From positions 292,764,001-292,828,000 of the forward strand of contig OZ024742.1 of NCBI GenBank assembly GCA_964016885.1: 64,000 bases of DNA, read 5' to 3'. Shown here in pieces: positions 29,501-45,320 of the stretch. Source of the stretch: Eledone cirrhosa (taxonomy: Eukaryota). Both the position numbers and the translations under genes were made by a program. A model generated the notes under the pieces. That model saw only the letters and a program-made list of their open reading frames with translations, was not told where the DNA came from and searched no databases. Position 1 is the first letter of the stretch; each line of letters begins with the position of its first letter.

Positions 29501-32500
29501 TATCTAGTCATAAACACAACTATATTACTGACTCAAGGTGATAGCTTAATAAATATATCTAGTCATAAACACAACTATATTACTGAGTCAAGGTGATAGC
29601 TTAATAGATATATCTAGTCATAAATACAACTATATTACTGATTCAAGGTGATAGCTTAATAGATATATCTAGTCATAAACACAACTATATTACTGAGTCA
29701 AGGTGATAGCTTAATAGATATATCTGGTCATAAACACAACTCTACTGAGTCAAGGTGATAGCTTAATAGATATATCTAGTCATAAACACAACTATATTAC
29801 TGAGTCAAGGTGATAGCTTAATAGATATATCTAGTCATAAACACAACTATACTGAGTCAAGGTGATAGCTTAATAGATATATCTGGTCTTAAACACAACT
29901 ATACTGTGTCAAGGTGATAGCTTAATAGATATATCTAGTCATAAATACAACTATATTACTGAGTCAAGGTGATAGCTTAATAGATATATCTACTCATAAA
30001 CACAACTATATTACTGAGTCAAGGTGATAGCTTAATATATATATCTAGTCATAAACACAACTATATTACTGAGTCAAGGTGATAGCTTAATAGATATATC
30101 TAGTCATAAACACAACTATATTACTGAGTCAAGGTGATAGCTTAATAGATATATCTAGTCATAAACACAACTATAATACTGAGTCAAGGTGATAGCTTAA
30201 TATATATATCTAGTCATAAACACAACTATACTGAGTCAAGGTGATAGCTTAATAGATATATCTGGTCATAAACACAACTATACTGAGTCAAGGTGATAGC
30301 TTAACAGATATATCTAGTCATAAACACAACTATATTACTGAGTCAAGGTGATAGCTTAATAGATATATCTAGTCATAAACACAACTATATTACTGAGTCA
30401 AGGTGATAGCTTAATAGATATATCTAGTCATAAACACAACTATATTACTGAGTCAAGGTGATAGCTTAATAGATATATCTAGTCATAAACACAACTATAT
30501 TACTGAGTCAAGGTGATAGCTTAATAGATATATCTAGTCATAAACACAACTATATTACTGAGTCAAGGTGATAGCTTAATAGATATATCTAGTCATAAAC
30601 ACAACTATATATATTCAAGGTGATAGCTTAATAGATATATCTAGTCATAAACACAACTATATTACTGAGTCAAGGTGATAGCTTAATGGATATATCTAGT
30701 GATAAACACAACTATACTGAGTCAAGGTGATAGCTTAATAGATATATCTGGTCATAAACACAAGTATACTGAGTCAAGGTGATAGCTTAATAGATATATC
30801 TAGTCATAAACACAACTATATTACTGACTCAAGGTGATAGCTTAATAGATATATCTAGTCATAAACACAACTATATTACTGAGTCAAGGTGATAGCTTAA
30901 TAGATAAATCTAGTCATAAATACAACTATATTACTGATTCAAGGTGATAGCTTAATAGATATATCTAGTCATAAACACAACTATATTACTGAGTCAAGGT
31001 GATAGCTTAATAGATATATCTGGTCATAAACACAACTCTACTGAGTCAAGGTGATAGCTTAATAGATATATCTGGTCATAAACACAACTATACTGAGTCT
31101 AGGTGATAGCTTAATAGATATATCTGGTCATAAACACAACTATACTGTGTCAAGGTGATAGCTTAATAGATATATCTAGTCATAAACACAACTATATTAC
31201 TGAGTCAAGGTGATAGCTTAATAGATATATCTAGTCATCAACACAACTATATTACTGAGTCAAGGTGATAACTTAATAGATATATCTAGTCATAAACACA
31301 ACTATATTGCTGAGTCAAGGTGATAGCTTTATAGATATATCTGGTCATAAACACAACTATACTGTGTCAAGGTGATAGCTTAATAGATATATCTGGTCAT
31401 AAACACAACTATGTTACTGAGTCAAGGTGATAGCTTAATAGATATATCTGGTCATAAACACAACTATACTGTGTCAAGGTGATAGCTTAATAGATATATC
31501 TGGTCATAAACACAACTATATTACTGAGTCAAAGTGATAGCTTAATAGATATATCTAGTCATAAACCAACTATATTACTGAGTCAAGGTGATAGCTTAAT
31601 AGATATATCTAGTCATAAACACAACTATACTGGGTCAAGGTGATAGCTTAATAGATATATCTAGTCATAAACACAACTATATTACTGAGTCAAGGTGATA
31701 GCTTAATAGATATATCTAGTCATAAACACAACTATATTACTGAGTCAAGGTGATAGCTTAATAGATATATCTAGTCATAAACCAACTATATTACTGAGTC
31801 AAGGTGATAGCTTAATAGATATATCTAGTCATAAACACAACTATATTAGTGAGTCAAGGTGATAGCTTGATAGATATATCTAGTCATCAACACAACTATA
31901 TTACTGAGTCAAGGTGATAGCTTAATAGATATATCTAGTCATAAACACAACCATATTACTGAGTCAAGGTGATAGCTTAATATATATATCTAGTCATAAA
32001 CACAACTATACTGAGTCAAGGTGATAGCTTAATAGATATATCTAGTCATAAACACAACTATATTACTGAGTCAAGGTGATAGCTTAATAGATATATCTAG
32101 TCATAAACACAACTATATTACTGAATCAAGGTGATAGCTTAATAGATATATCTAGTCATAAACCAACTATATTACTGAGTCAAGGTGATAGCTTAATGGA
32201 TATATCTAGTGATAAACACAACTATACTGAGTCAAGGTGATAGCTTAATAGATATATCTGGTCATAAACACAAGTATACTGAGTCAAGGTGATAGCTTAA
32301 TAGATATATCTAGTCATAAACACAACTATATTACTGACTCAAGGTGATAGCTTAATAGATATATCTAGTCATAAACACAACTATATTACTGAGTCAAGGT
32401 GATAGCTTAATAGATATATCTAGTCATAAATACAACTATATTACTGATTCAAGGTGATAGCTTAATAGATATATCTAGTCATAAACACAACTATATTACT

Positions 32501-35500
32501 GAGTCAAGGTGATAGCTTAATAGATATATCTGGTCATAAACACAACTCTACTGAGTCAAGGTGATAGCTTAATAGATATATCTGGTCATAAACACAACTA
32601 TACTGAGTCTAGGTGATAGCTTAATAGATATATCTGGTCATAAACACAACTATACTGTGTCAAGGTGATAGCTTAATAGATATATCTAGTCATAAACACA
32701 ACTATATTACTGAGTCAAGGTGATAGCTTAATAGATATATCTAGTCATCAACACAACTATATTACTGAGTCAAGGTGATAACTTAATAGATATATCTAGT
32801 CATAAACACAACTATATTGCTGAGTCAAGGTGATAGCTTTATAGATATATCTGGTCATAAACACAACTATACTGTGTCAAGGTGATAGCTTAATAGATAT
32901 ATCTGGTCATAAACACAACTATGTTACTGAGTCAAGGTGATAGCTTAATAGATATATCTGGTCATAAACACAACTATACTGTGTCAAGGTGATAGCTTAA
33001 TAGATATATCTGGTCATAAACACAACTATATTACTGAGTCAAAGTGATAGCTTAATAGATATATCTAGTCATAAACCAACTATATTACTGAGTCAAGGTG
33101 ATAGCTTAATAGATATATCTAGTCATAAACACAACTATACTGAGTCAAGGTGATAGCTTAATAGATATATCTAGTCATAAACACAACTATATTACTGAGT
33201 CAAGGTGATAGCTTAATAGATATATCTAGTCATAAACACAACTATATTACTGAGTCAAGGTGATAGCTTAATAGATATATCTAGTCATAAACCAACTATA
33301 TTACTGAGTCAAGGTGATAGCTTAATAGATATATCTAGTCATAAACACAACTATATTAGTGAGTCAAGGTGATAGCTTGATAGATATATCTAGTCATCAA
33401 CACAACTATATTACTGAGTCAAGGTGATAGCTTAATAGATATATCTAGTCATAAACACAACCATATTACTGAGTCAAGGTGATAGCTTAATATATATATC
33501 TGGTCTTAAACACAACTATACTGTGTCAAGGTGATAGCTTAATAGATATATCTAGTCATAAATACAACTATATTACTGAGTCAAGGTGATAGCTTAATAG
33601 ATATATCTAGTCATAAACACAACTATATTACTGAGTCAAGGTGATAGCTTAATAGATATATCTAGTCATAAACACAACTATATTACTGAGTCAAGGTGAT
33701 AGCTTAATAGATATATCTAGTCATAAACACAACTATACTGAGTCAAGGTGATAGATTAATAGATATATCTGGTCATAAACACAACTATACTGAGTGAAGG
33801 TGATAGCTTAATAGATATATCTAGTCATAAACACAACTATATTACTGACTCAAGGTGATAGCTTAATAAATATATCTAGTCATAAACACAACTATATTAC
33901 TGAGTCAAGGTGATAGCTTAATAGATATATCTAGTCATAAATACAACTATATTACTGATTCAAGGTGATAGCTTAATAGATATATCTAGTCATAAACACA
34001 ACTATATTACTGAGTCAAGGTGATAGCTTAATAGATATATCTGGTCATAAACACAACTCTACTGAGTCAAGGTGATAGCTTAATAGATATATCTAGTCAT
34101 AAACACAACTATATTACTGAGTCAAGGTGATAGCTTAATAGATATATCTAGTCATAAACACAACTATACTGAGTCAAGGTGATAGCTTAATAGATATATC
34201 TGGTCTTAAACACAACTATACTGTGTCAAGGTGATAGCTTAATAGATATATCTAGTCATAAATACAACTATATTACTGAGTCAAGGTGATAGCTTAATAG
34301 ATATATCTACTCATAAACACAACTATATTACTGAGTCAAGGTGATAGCTTAATATATATATCTAGTCATAAACACAACTATATTACTGAGTCAAGGTGAT
34401 AGCTTAATAGATATATCTAGTCATAAACACAACTATATTACTGAGTCAAGGTGATAGCTTAATAGATATATCTAGTCATAAACACAACTATAATACTGAG
34501 TCAAGGTGATAGCTTAATATATATATCTAGTCATAAACACAACTATACTGAGTCAAGGTGATAGCTTAATAGATATATCTGGTCATAAACACAACTATAC
34601 TGAGTCAAGGTGATAGCTTAACAGATATATCTAGTCATAAACACAACTATATTACTGAGTCAAGGTGATAGCTTAATAGATATATCTAGTCATAAACACA
34701 ACTATATTACTGAGTCAAGGTGATAGCTTAATAGATATATCTAGTCATAAACACAACTATATTACTGAGTCAAGGTGATAGCTTAATAGATATATCTAGT
34801 CATAAACACAACTATATTACTGAGTCAAGGTGATAGCTTAATAGATATATCTAGTCATAAACACAACTATATTACTGAGTCAAGGTGATAGCTTAATAGA
34901 TATATCTAGTCATAAACACAACTATATATATTCAAGGTGATAGCTTAATAGATATATCTAGTCATAAACACAACTATATTACTGAGTCAAGGTGATAGCT
35001 TAATGGATATATCTAGTGATAAACACAACTATACTGAGTCAAGGTGATAGCTTAATAGATATATCTGGTCATAAACACAAGTATACTGAGTCAAGGTGAT
35101 AGCTTAATAGATATATCTAGTCATAAACACAACTATATTACTGACTCAAGGTGATAGCTTAATAGATATATCTAGTCATAAACACAACTATATTACTGAG
35201 TCAAGGTGATAGCTTAATAGATATATCTAGTCATAAATACAACTATATTACTGATTCAAGGTGATAGCTTAATAGATATATCTAGTCATAAACACAACTA
35301 TATTACTGAGTCAAGGTGATAGCTTAATAGATATATCTGGTCATAAACACAACTCTACTGAGTCAGGTGATAGCTTAATAGATATCTCTGGTCATAAACA
35401 CAACTATACTGAGTCTAGGTGATAGCTTAATAGATATATCTGGTCATAAACACAACTATACTGTGTCAAGGTGATAGCTTAATAGATATATCTAGTCATA

Positions 35501-36510
35501 AACACAACTATATTACTGAGTCAAGGTGATAGCTTAATAGATATATCTAGTCATCAACACAACTATATTACTGAGTCAAGGTGATAACTTAATAGATATA
35601 TCTAGTCATAAACACAACTATATTGCTGAGTCAAGGTGATAGCTTTATAGATATATCTGGTCATAAACACAACTATACTGTGTCAAGGTGATAGCTTAAT
35701 AGATATATCTGGTCATAAACACAACTATGTTACTGAGTCAAGGTGATAGCTTAATAGATATATCTGGTCATAAACACAACTATACTGTGTCAAGGTGATA
35801 GCTTAATAGATATATCTGGTCATAAACACAACTATATTACTGAGTCAAAGTGATAGCTTAATAGATATATCTAGTCATAAACCAACTATATTACTGAGTC
35901 AAGGTGATAGCTTAATAGATATATCTAGTCATAAACACAACTATACTGAGTCAAGGTGATAGCTTAATAGATATATCTAGTCATAAACACAACTATATTA
36001 CTGAGTCAAGGTGATAGCTTAATAGATATATCTAGTCATAAACACAACTATATTACTGAGTCAAGGTGATAGCTTAATAGATATATCTAGTCATAAACCA
36101 ACTATATTACTGAGTCAAGGTGATAGCTTAATAGATATATCTAGTCATAAACACAACTATATTAGTGAGTCAAGGTGATAGCTTGATAGATATATCTAGT
36201 CATCAACACAACTATATTACTGAGTCAAGGTGATAGCTTAATAGATATATCTAGTCATAAACACAACCATATTACTGAGTCAAGGTGATAGCTTAATATA
36301 TATATCTAGTCATAAACACAACTATACTGAGTCAAGGTGATAGCTTAATAGATATATCTAGTCATAAACACAACTATATTACTGAGTCAAGGTGATAGCT
36401 TAATAGATATATCTAGTCATAAACACAACTATATTACTGAATCAAGGTGATAGCTTAATAGATATATCTAGTCATAAACCAACTATATTACTGAGTCAAG
36501 GTGATAGCTT
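26540..36510 (+). repeat. Nested tandem duplications with offsets 2752 bp and 4262/4317 bp
   Basis: GAGTGAAGG at 26727/29479/33796 and TATATATATTCAAGG at 27862/30614/34931 (offsets 2752 and 4317). TTAATGGATA at 27936/32198 (offset 4262 = 4317 minus one monomer). Confidence 0.88.
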
Positions 36511-36789
36511 AATATATATATCTAGTCATAAACACATCTATTTTAGTGAGTCAAGGTGATAGCTTAATAGATATATCTAGTCATCAACACAACTATATTA
36601 CTGAGTCAAGGTAATAGCTTAATAGATATATCTAGTCATAAACACAACTATATTACTGAGTCAAGGTGATAGCTTAATAGATATATCTGGTCATAAACAC
36701 AACTATACTGAGTCAAGGTGATAGCTTAATAGATATATCTAGTCATAAACACAACTATATTACTGAGTCAAGGTGATAGTTTAATAGAT

Positions 36790-39700
36790 ATATCTAGTCA
36801 TAAACACAACTATACTGAGTCAAGGTGATAGCTTAATAGATATATCTAGTCATAAACACAACTATATTACTGAGTCAAGGTGATAGCTTAATAGATATAT
36901 CTAGTCATAAACCAACTATATTACTGAGTCAAGGTGATAGCTTAATAGATATATCTAGTCATAAACACAACTATATTACTGAGTCAAGGTGATAGCTTAA
37001 TAGATATATCTAGTCATCAACACAACTATATTACTGAGTCAAGGTGATAGCTTAATAGATATATCTAGTCATAAACACAACTATATTACTGAGTCAAGGT
37101 GATAGCTTTATAGATATATCTGGTCATAAACACAACTATACTGTGTCAAGGTGATAGCTTAATAGATATATCTGGTCATAAACACAACTATGTTACTGAG
37201 TCAAGGTGATAGCTTAATAGATATACCTGGTCATAAACACAACTATACTGTGTCAAGGTGATAGCTTAATAGATATATCTGGTCATAAACACAACTATAT
37301 TACTGAGTCAAAGTGATAGCTTAATAGATATATCTAGTCATAAACCAACTATATTACTGAGTCAAGGTGATAGCTTAATAGATATATCTAGTCATAAACA
37401 CAACTATACTGAGTCAAGGTGATAGCTTAATAGATATATCTAGTCATAAACACAACTATATTAGTGAGTCAAGGTGATAGCTTGATAGATATATCTAGTC
37501 ATCAACACAACTATATTACTGAGTCAAGGTGATAGCTTAATAGATATATCTAGTCATAAACACAACCATATTACTGAGTCAAGGTGATAGCTTAATATAT
37601 ATATCTAGTCATAAACACAACTATACTGAGTCAAGGTGATAGCTTAATAGATATATCTAGTCATAAACACAACTATATTACTGAGTCAAGGTGATAGCTT
37701 AATAGATATATCTAGTCATAAACACAACTATATTACTGAATCAAGGTGATAGCTTAATAGATATATCTAGTCATAAACCAACTATATTACTGAGTCAAGG
37801 TGATAGCTTAATATATATATCTAGTCATAAACACATCTATTTTAGTGAGTCAAGGTGATAGCTTAATAGATATATCTAGTCATCAACACAACTATATTAC
37901 TGAGTCAAGGTAATAGCTTAATAGATATATCTAGTCATAAACACAACTATATTACTGAGTCAAGGTGATAGCTTAATAGATATATCTGGTCATAAACACA
38001 ACTATACTGAGTCAAGGTGATAGCTTAATAGATATATCTAGTCATAAACACAACTATATTACTGAGTCAAGGTGATAGCTTAATAGATATATCTAGTCAT
38101 AAACACAACTATACTGAGTCAAGGTGATAGCTTAATAGATATATCTAGTCATAAACACAACTATATTACTGAGTCAAGGTGATAGCTTAATAGATATATC
38201 TAGTCATAAACCAACTATATTACTGAGTCAAGGTGATAGCTTAATAGATATATCTAGTCATAAACACAACTATATTACTGAGTCAAGGTGATAGCTTAAT
38301 AGATATATCTAGTCATCAACACAACTATATTACTGAGTCAAGGTGATAGCTTAATAGATATATCTAGTCATAAACACAACTATATTACTGAGTCAAGGTG
38401 ATAGCTTTATAGATATATCTGGTCATAAACACAACTATACTGTGTCAAGGTGATAGCTTAATAGATATATCTGGTCATAAACACAACTATGTTACTGAGT
38501 CAAGGTGATAGCTTAATAGATATACCTGGTCATAAACACAACTATACTGTGTCAAGGTGATAGCTTAATAGATATATCTGGTCATAAACACAACTATATT
38601 ACTGAGTCAAAGTGATAGCTTAATAGATATATCTAGTCATAAACCAACTATATTACTGAGTCAAGGTGATAGCTTAATAGATATATCTAGTCATAAACAC
38701 AACTATACTGAGTCAAGGTGATAGCTTAATAGATATATCTAGTCATAAACACAACTATATTAGTGAGTCAAGGTGATAGCTTGATAGATATATCTAGTCA
38801 TAAACACAACTATATTACTGAGTCAAGGTGATAGCTTAATAGATATATCTAGTCATAAACACAACTATATTACTGAGTCAAGGTGGTAGCTTAATAGATA
38901 TATCTAGTCATAAACCAACTATATTACTGAGTCAAGGTGATAGCTTAATAGATATATCTAGTCATAAACACAACTATATTAGTGAGTCAAGGTGATAGCT
39001 TGATAGATATATCTAGTCATCAACACAACTATATTACTGAGTCAAGGTGATGGCTTAATAGATATATCTAGTCATCAACACAACTATATTACTGAGTCAA
39101 GGTGATAGCTTAATAGATATATCTAGTCATAAACACAACTATATTACTGAGTCAAGGTGATAGCTTAATAGATATATCTGGTCATAAACACAACTATGTT
39201 ACTGAGTCAAGGTGATAGATTAATAGATATATCTGGTCATAAACACAACTATACTGTGTCAAGGTGATAGCTGAATAGATATATCTGGTCATAAACACAA
39301 CTATATTACTGAGTCAAGGTGATAGCTTAATAGATATATCTAGTCATAAACACAATTATATTAGTGAGACAAGGTGATAGCTTAATAGATATATCTAGTC
39401 ATCAACACAACTATATTACTGAGTCAAGGTGATAGCTTAATAGATATATCTAGTCATCAACACAACTATATTACTGAGTCAAGGTGATAGCTTAATAGAT
39501 ATATCTAGTCATAAACACAACTATATTACTGAGTCAAGGTGATAGCTTAATAGATATATCTGGTCATAAACACAACTCTACTGAGTCAAGGTGATAGCTT
39601 AATAGATATATCTAGTCATAAACACAACTATATTACTGAGTCAAGGTGATAGCTTAATAGATATATCTAGTCATAAACACAACTATACTGAGTCAAGGTG

Positions 39701-42700
39701 ATAGCTTAATAGATATATCTAGTCATAAACACAACTATATTACTGAGTCAAGGTGATAGCTTAATAGATATATCTAGTCATAAACCAACTATATTACTGA
39801 GTCAAGGTGATAGCTTAATAGATATATCTAGTCATAAACACAACTATATTACTGAGTCAAGGTGATAGCTTAATAGATATATCTAGTCATCAACACAACT
39901 ATATTACTGAGTCAAGGTGATAGCTTAATAGATATATCTAGTCATAAACACAACTATATTACTGAGTCAAGGTGATAGCTTTATAGATATATCTGGTCAT
40001 AAACACAACTATACTGTGTCAAGGTGATAGCTTAATAGATATATCTGGTCATAAACACAACTATGTTACTGAGTCAAGGTGATAGCTTAATAGATATACC
40101 TGGTCATAAACACAACTATACTGTGTCAAGGTGATAGCTTAATAGATATATCTGGTCATAAACACAACTATATTACTGAGTCAAAGTGATAGCTTAATAG
40201 ATATATCTAGTCATAAACCAACCATATTACTGAGTCAAGGTGATAGCTTAATAGATATATCTAGTCATAAACACAACTATACTGAGTCAAAGTGATAGCT
40301 TAATAGATATATCTAGTCATAAACACAACTATATTAGTGAGTCAAGGTGATAGCTTGATAGATATATCTAGTCATCAACACAACTATATTACTGAGTCAA
40401 GGTGATAGCTTAATAGATATATCTAGTCATAAACACAACCATATTACTGAGTCAAGGTGATAGCTTAATATATATATCTAGTCATAAACACAACTATACT
40501 GAGTCAAGGTGATAGCTTAATAGATATATCTAGTCATAAACACAACTATATTACTGAGTCAAGGTGATAGCTTAATAGATATATCTAGTCATAAACACAA
40601 CTATATTACTGAATCAAGGTGATAGCTTAATAGATATATCTAGTCATAAACCAACTATATTACTGAGTCAAGGTGATAGCTTAATATATATATCTAGTCA
40701 TAAACACATCTATTTTAGTGAGTCAAGGTGATAGCTTAATAGATATATCTAGTCATCAACACAACTATATTACTGAGTCAAGGTAATAGCTTAATAGATA
40801 TATCTAGTCATAAACACAACTATATTACTGAGTCAAGGTGATAGCTTAATAGATATATCTGGTCATAAACACAACTATACTGAGTCAAGGTGATAGCTTA
40901 ATAGATATATCTAGTCATAAACACAACTATATTACTGAGTCAAGGTGATAGCTTAATAGATATATCTAGTCATAAACACAACTATACTGAGTCAAGGTGA
41001 TAGCTTAATAGATATATCTAGTCATAAACACAACTATATTACTGAGTCAAGGTGATAGCTTAATAGATATATCTAGTCATAAACCAACTATATTACTGAG
41101 TCAAGGTGATAGCTTAATAGATATATCTAGTCATAAACACAACTATATTACTGAGTCAAGGTGATAGCTTAATAGATATATCTAGTCATCAACACAACTA
41201 TATTACTGAGTCAAGGTGATAGCTTAATAGATATATCTAGTCATAAACACAACTATATTACTGAGTCAAGGTGATAGCTTTATAGATATATCTGGTCATA
41301 AACACAACTATACTGTGTCAAGGTGATAGCTTAATAGATATATCTGGTCATAAACACAACTATGTTACTGAGTCAAGGTGATAGCTTAATAGATATACCT
41401 GGTCATAAACACAACTATACTGTGTCAAGGTGATAGCTTAATAGATATATCTGGTCATAAACACAACTATATTACTGAGTCAAAGTGATAGCTTAATAGA
41501 TATATCTAGTCATAAACCAACTATATTACTGAGTCAAGGTGATAGCTTAATAGATATATCTAGTCATAAACACAACTATACTGAGTCAAGGTGATAGCTT
41601 AATAGATATATCTAGTCATAAACACAACTATATTAGTGAGTCAAGGTGATAGCTTGATAGATATATCTAGTCATAAACACAACTATATTACTGAGTCAAG
41701 GTGATAGCTTAATAGATATATCTAGTCATAAACACAACTATATTACTGAGTCAAGGTGGTAGCTTAATAGATATATCTAGTCATAAACCAACTATATTAC
41801 TGAGTCAAGGTGATAGCTTAATAGATATATCTAGTCATAAACACAACTATATTAGTGAGTCAAGGTGATAGCTTGATAGATATATCTAGTCATCAACACA
41901 ACTATATTACTGAGTCAAGGTGATGGCTTAATAGATATATCTAGTCATCAACACAACTATATTACTGAGTCAAGGTGATAGCTTAATAGATATATCTAGT
42001 CATAAACACAACTATATTACTGAGTCAAGGTGATAGCTTAATAGATATATCTGGTCATAAACACAACTATGTTACTGAGTCAAGGTGATAGATTAATAGA
42101 TATATCTGGTCATAAACACAACTATACTGTGTCAAGGTGATAGCTGAATAGATATATCTGGTCATAAACACAACTATATTACTGAGTCAAGGTGATAGCT
42201 TAATAGATATATCTAGTCATAAACACAATTATATTAGTGAGACAAGGTGATAGCTTAATAGATATATCTAGTCATCAACACAACTATATTACTGAGTCAA
42301 GGTGATAGCTTAATAGATATATCTAGTCATCAACACAACTATATTACTGAGTCAAGGTGATAGCTTAATAGATATATCTAGTCATAAACACAACTATATT
42401 ACTGAGTCAAGGTGATAGCTTAATAGATATATCTGGTCATAAACACAACTCTACTGAGTCAAGGTGATAGCTTAATAGATATATCTAGTCATAAACACAA
42501 CTATATTACTGAGTCAAGGTGATAGCTTAATAGATATATCTAGTCATAAACACAACTATACTGAGTCAAGGTGATAGCTTAATAGATATATCTAGTCATA
42601 AACACAACTATATTACTGAGTCAAGGTGATAGCTTAATAGATATATCTAGTCATAAACCAACTATATTACTGAGTCAAGGTGATAGCTTAATAGATATAT

Positions 42701-45320
42701 CTAGTCATAAACACAACTATATTACTGAGTCAAGGTGATAGCTTAATAGATATATCTAGTCATCAACACAACTATATTACTGAGTCAAGGTGATAGCTTA
42801 ATAGATATATCTAGTCATAAACACAACTATATTACTGAGTCAAGGTGATAGCTTTATAGATATATCTGGTCATAAACACAACTATACTGTGTCAAGGTGA
42901 TAGCTTAATAGATATATCTGGTCATAAACACAACTATGTTACTGAGTCAAGGTGATAGCTTAATAGATATACCTGGTCATAAACACAACTATACTGTGTC
43001 AAGGTGATAGCTTAATAGATATATCTGGTCATAAACACAACTATATTACTGAGTCAAAGTGATAGCTTAATAGATATATCTAGTCATAAACCAACCATAT
43101 TACTGAGTCAAGGTGATAGCTTAATAGATATATCTAGTCATAAACACAACTATACTGAGTCAAGGTGATAGCTTAATAGATATATCTAGTCATAAACACA
43201 ACTATATTAGTGAGTCAAGGTGATAGCTTGATAGATATATCTAGTCATCAACACAACTATATTACTGAGTCAAGGTGATAGCTTAATAGATATATCTAGT
43301 CATAAACACAACCATATTACTGAGTCAAGGTGATAGCTTAATATATATATCTAGTCATAAACACAACTATACTGAGTCAAGGTGATAGCTTAATAGATAT
43401 ATCTAGTCATAAACACAACTATATTACTGAGTCAAGGTGATAGCTTAATAGATATATCTAGTCATAAACACAACTATATTACTGAATCAAGGTGATAGCT
43501 TAATAGATATATCTAGTCATAAACCAACTATATTACTGAGTCAAGGTGATAGCTTAATATATATATCTAGTCATAAACACATCTATTTTAGTGAGTCAAG
43601 GTGATAGCTTAATAGATATATCTAGTCATCAACACAACTATATTACTGAGTCAAGGTAATAGCTTAATAGATATATCTAGTCATAAACACAACTATATTA
43701 CTGAGTCAAGGTGATAGCTTAATAGATATATCTGGTCATAAACACAACTATACTGAGTCAAGGTGATAGCTTAATAGATATATCTAGTCATAAACACAAC
43801 TATATTACTGAGTCAAGGTGATAGCTTAATAGATATATCTAGTCATAAACACAACTATACTGAGTCAAGGTGATAGCTTAATAGATATATCTAGTCATAA
43901 ACACAACTATATTACTGAGTCAAGGTGATAGCTTAATAGATATATCTAGTCATAAACCAACTATATTACTGAGTCAAGGTGATAGCTTAATAGATATATC
44001 TAGTCATAAACACAACTATATTACTGAGTCAAGGTGATAGCTTAATAGATATATCTAGTCATCAACACAACTAAAATACTGAGTCAAGGTGATAGCTTAA
44101 TAGATATATCTAATCATAAACACAACTATATTACTGAGTCAAGGTGATAGCTTTATAGATATATCTGGTCATAAACACAACTATACTGTGTCAAGGTGAT
44201 AGCTTAATAGATATATCTGGTCATAAACACAACTATGTTACTGAGTCAAGGTGATAGCTTAATAGATATACCTGGTCATAAACACAACTATACTGTGTCA
44301 AGGTGATAGCTTAATAGATATATCTGGTCATAAACACAACTATATTACTGAGTCAAAGTGATAGCTTAATAGATATATCTAGTCATAAACCAACTATATT
44401 ACTGAGTCAAGGTGATAGCTTAATAGATATATCTAGTCATAAACACAACTATACTGAGTCAAGGTGATAGCTTAATAGATATATCTAGTCATAAACACAA
44501 CTATATTAGTGAGTCAAGGTGATAGCTTGATAGATATATCTAGTCATAAACACAACTATATTACTGAGTCAAGGTGATAGCTTAATAGATATATCTAGTC
44601 ATAAACACAACTATATTACTGAGTCAAGGTGGTAGCTTAATAGATATATCTAGTCATAAACCAACTATATTACTGAGTCAAGGTGATAGCTTAATAGATA
44701 TATCTAGTCATAAACACAACTATATTAGTGAGTCAAGGTGATAGCTTGATAGATATATCTAGTCATCAACACAACTATATTACTGAGTCAAGGTGATGGC
44801 TTAATAGATATATCTAGTCATCAACACAACTATATTACTGAGTCAAGGTGATAGCTTAATAGATATATCTAGTCATAAACACAACTATATTACTGAGTCA
44901 AGGTGATAGCTTAATAGATATATCTGGTCATAAACACAACTATGTTACTGAGTCAAGGTGATAGATTAATAGATATATCTGGTCATAAACACAACTATAC
45001 TGTGTCAAGGTGATAGCTGAATAGATATATCTGGTCATAAACACAACTATATTACTGAGTCAAGGTGATAGCTTAATAGATATATCTAGTCATAAACACA
45101 ACTATATTAGTGAGACAAGGTGATAGCTTAATAGATATATCTAGTCATCAACACAACTATATTACTGAGTCAAGGTGATAGCTTAATAGATATATCTAGT
45201 CATCAACACAACTATATTACTGAGTCAAGGTGATAGCTTAATAGATATATCTAGTCATAAACACAACTATATTACTGAGTCAAGGTGATAGCTTAATAGA
45301 TATATCTGGTCATAAACACA
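36790..45320 (+). repeat. Higher-order repeat: ~3 tandem copies of a 2873-bp unit (~53 monomers)
   Basis: CACATCTATTTTAGTGAG at 37836/40709/43582 and AGGTGGTAGC at 38886/41759/44632, each with a constant step of 2873. An earlier copy of the first marker at 36537 gives an internal 1299-bp duplication. Confidence 0.9.
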
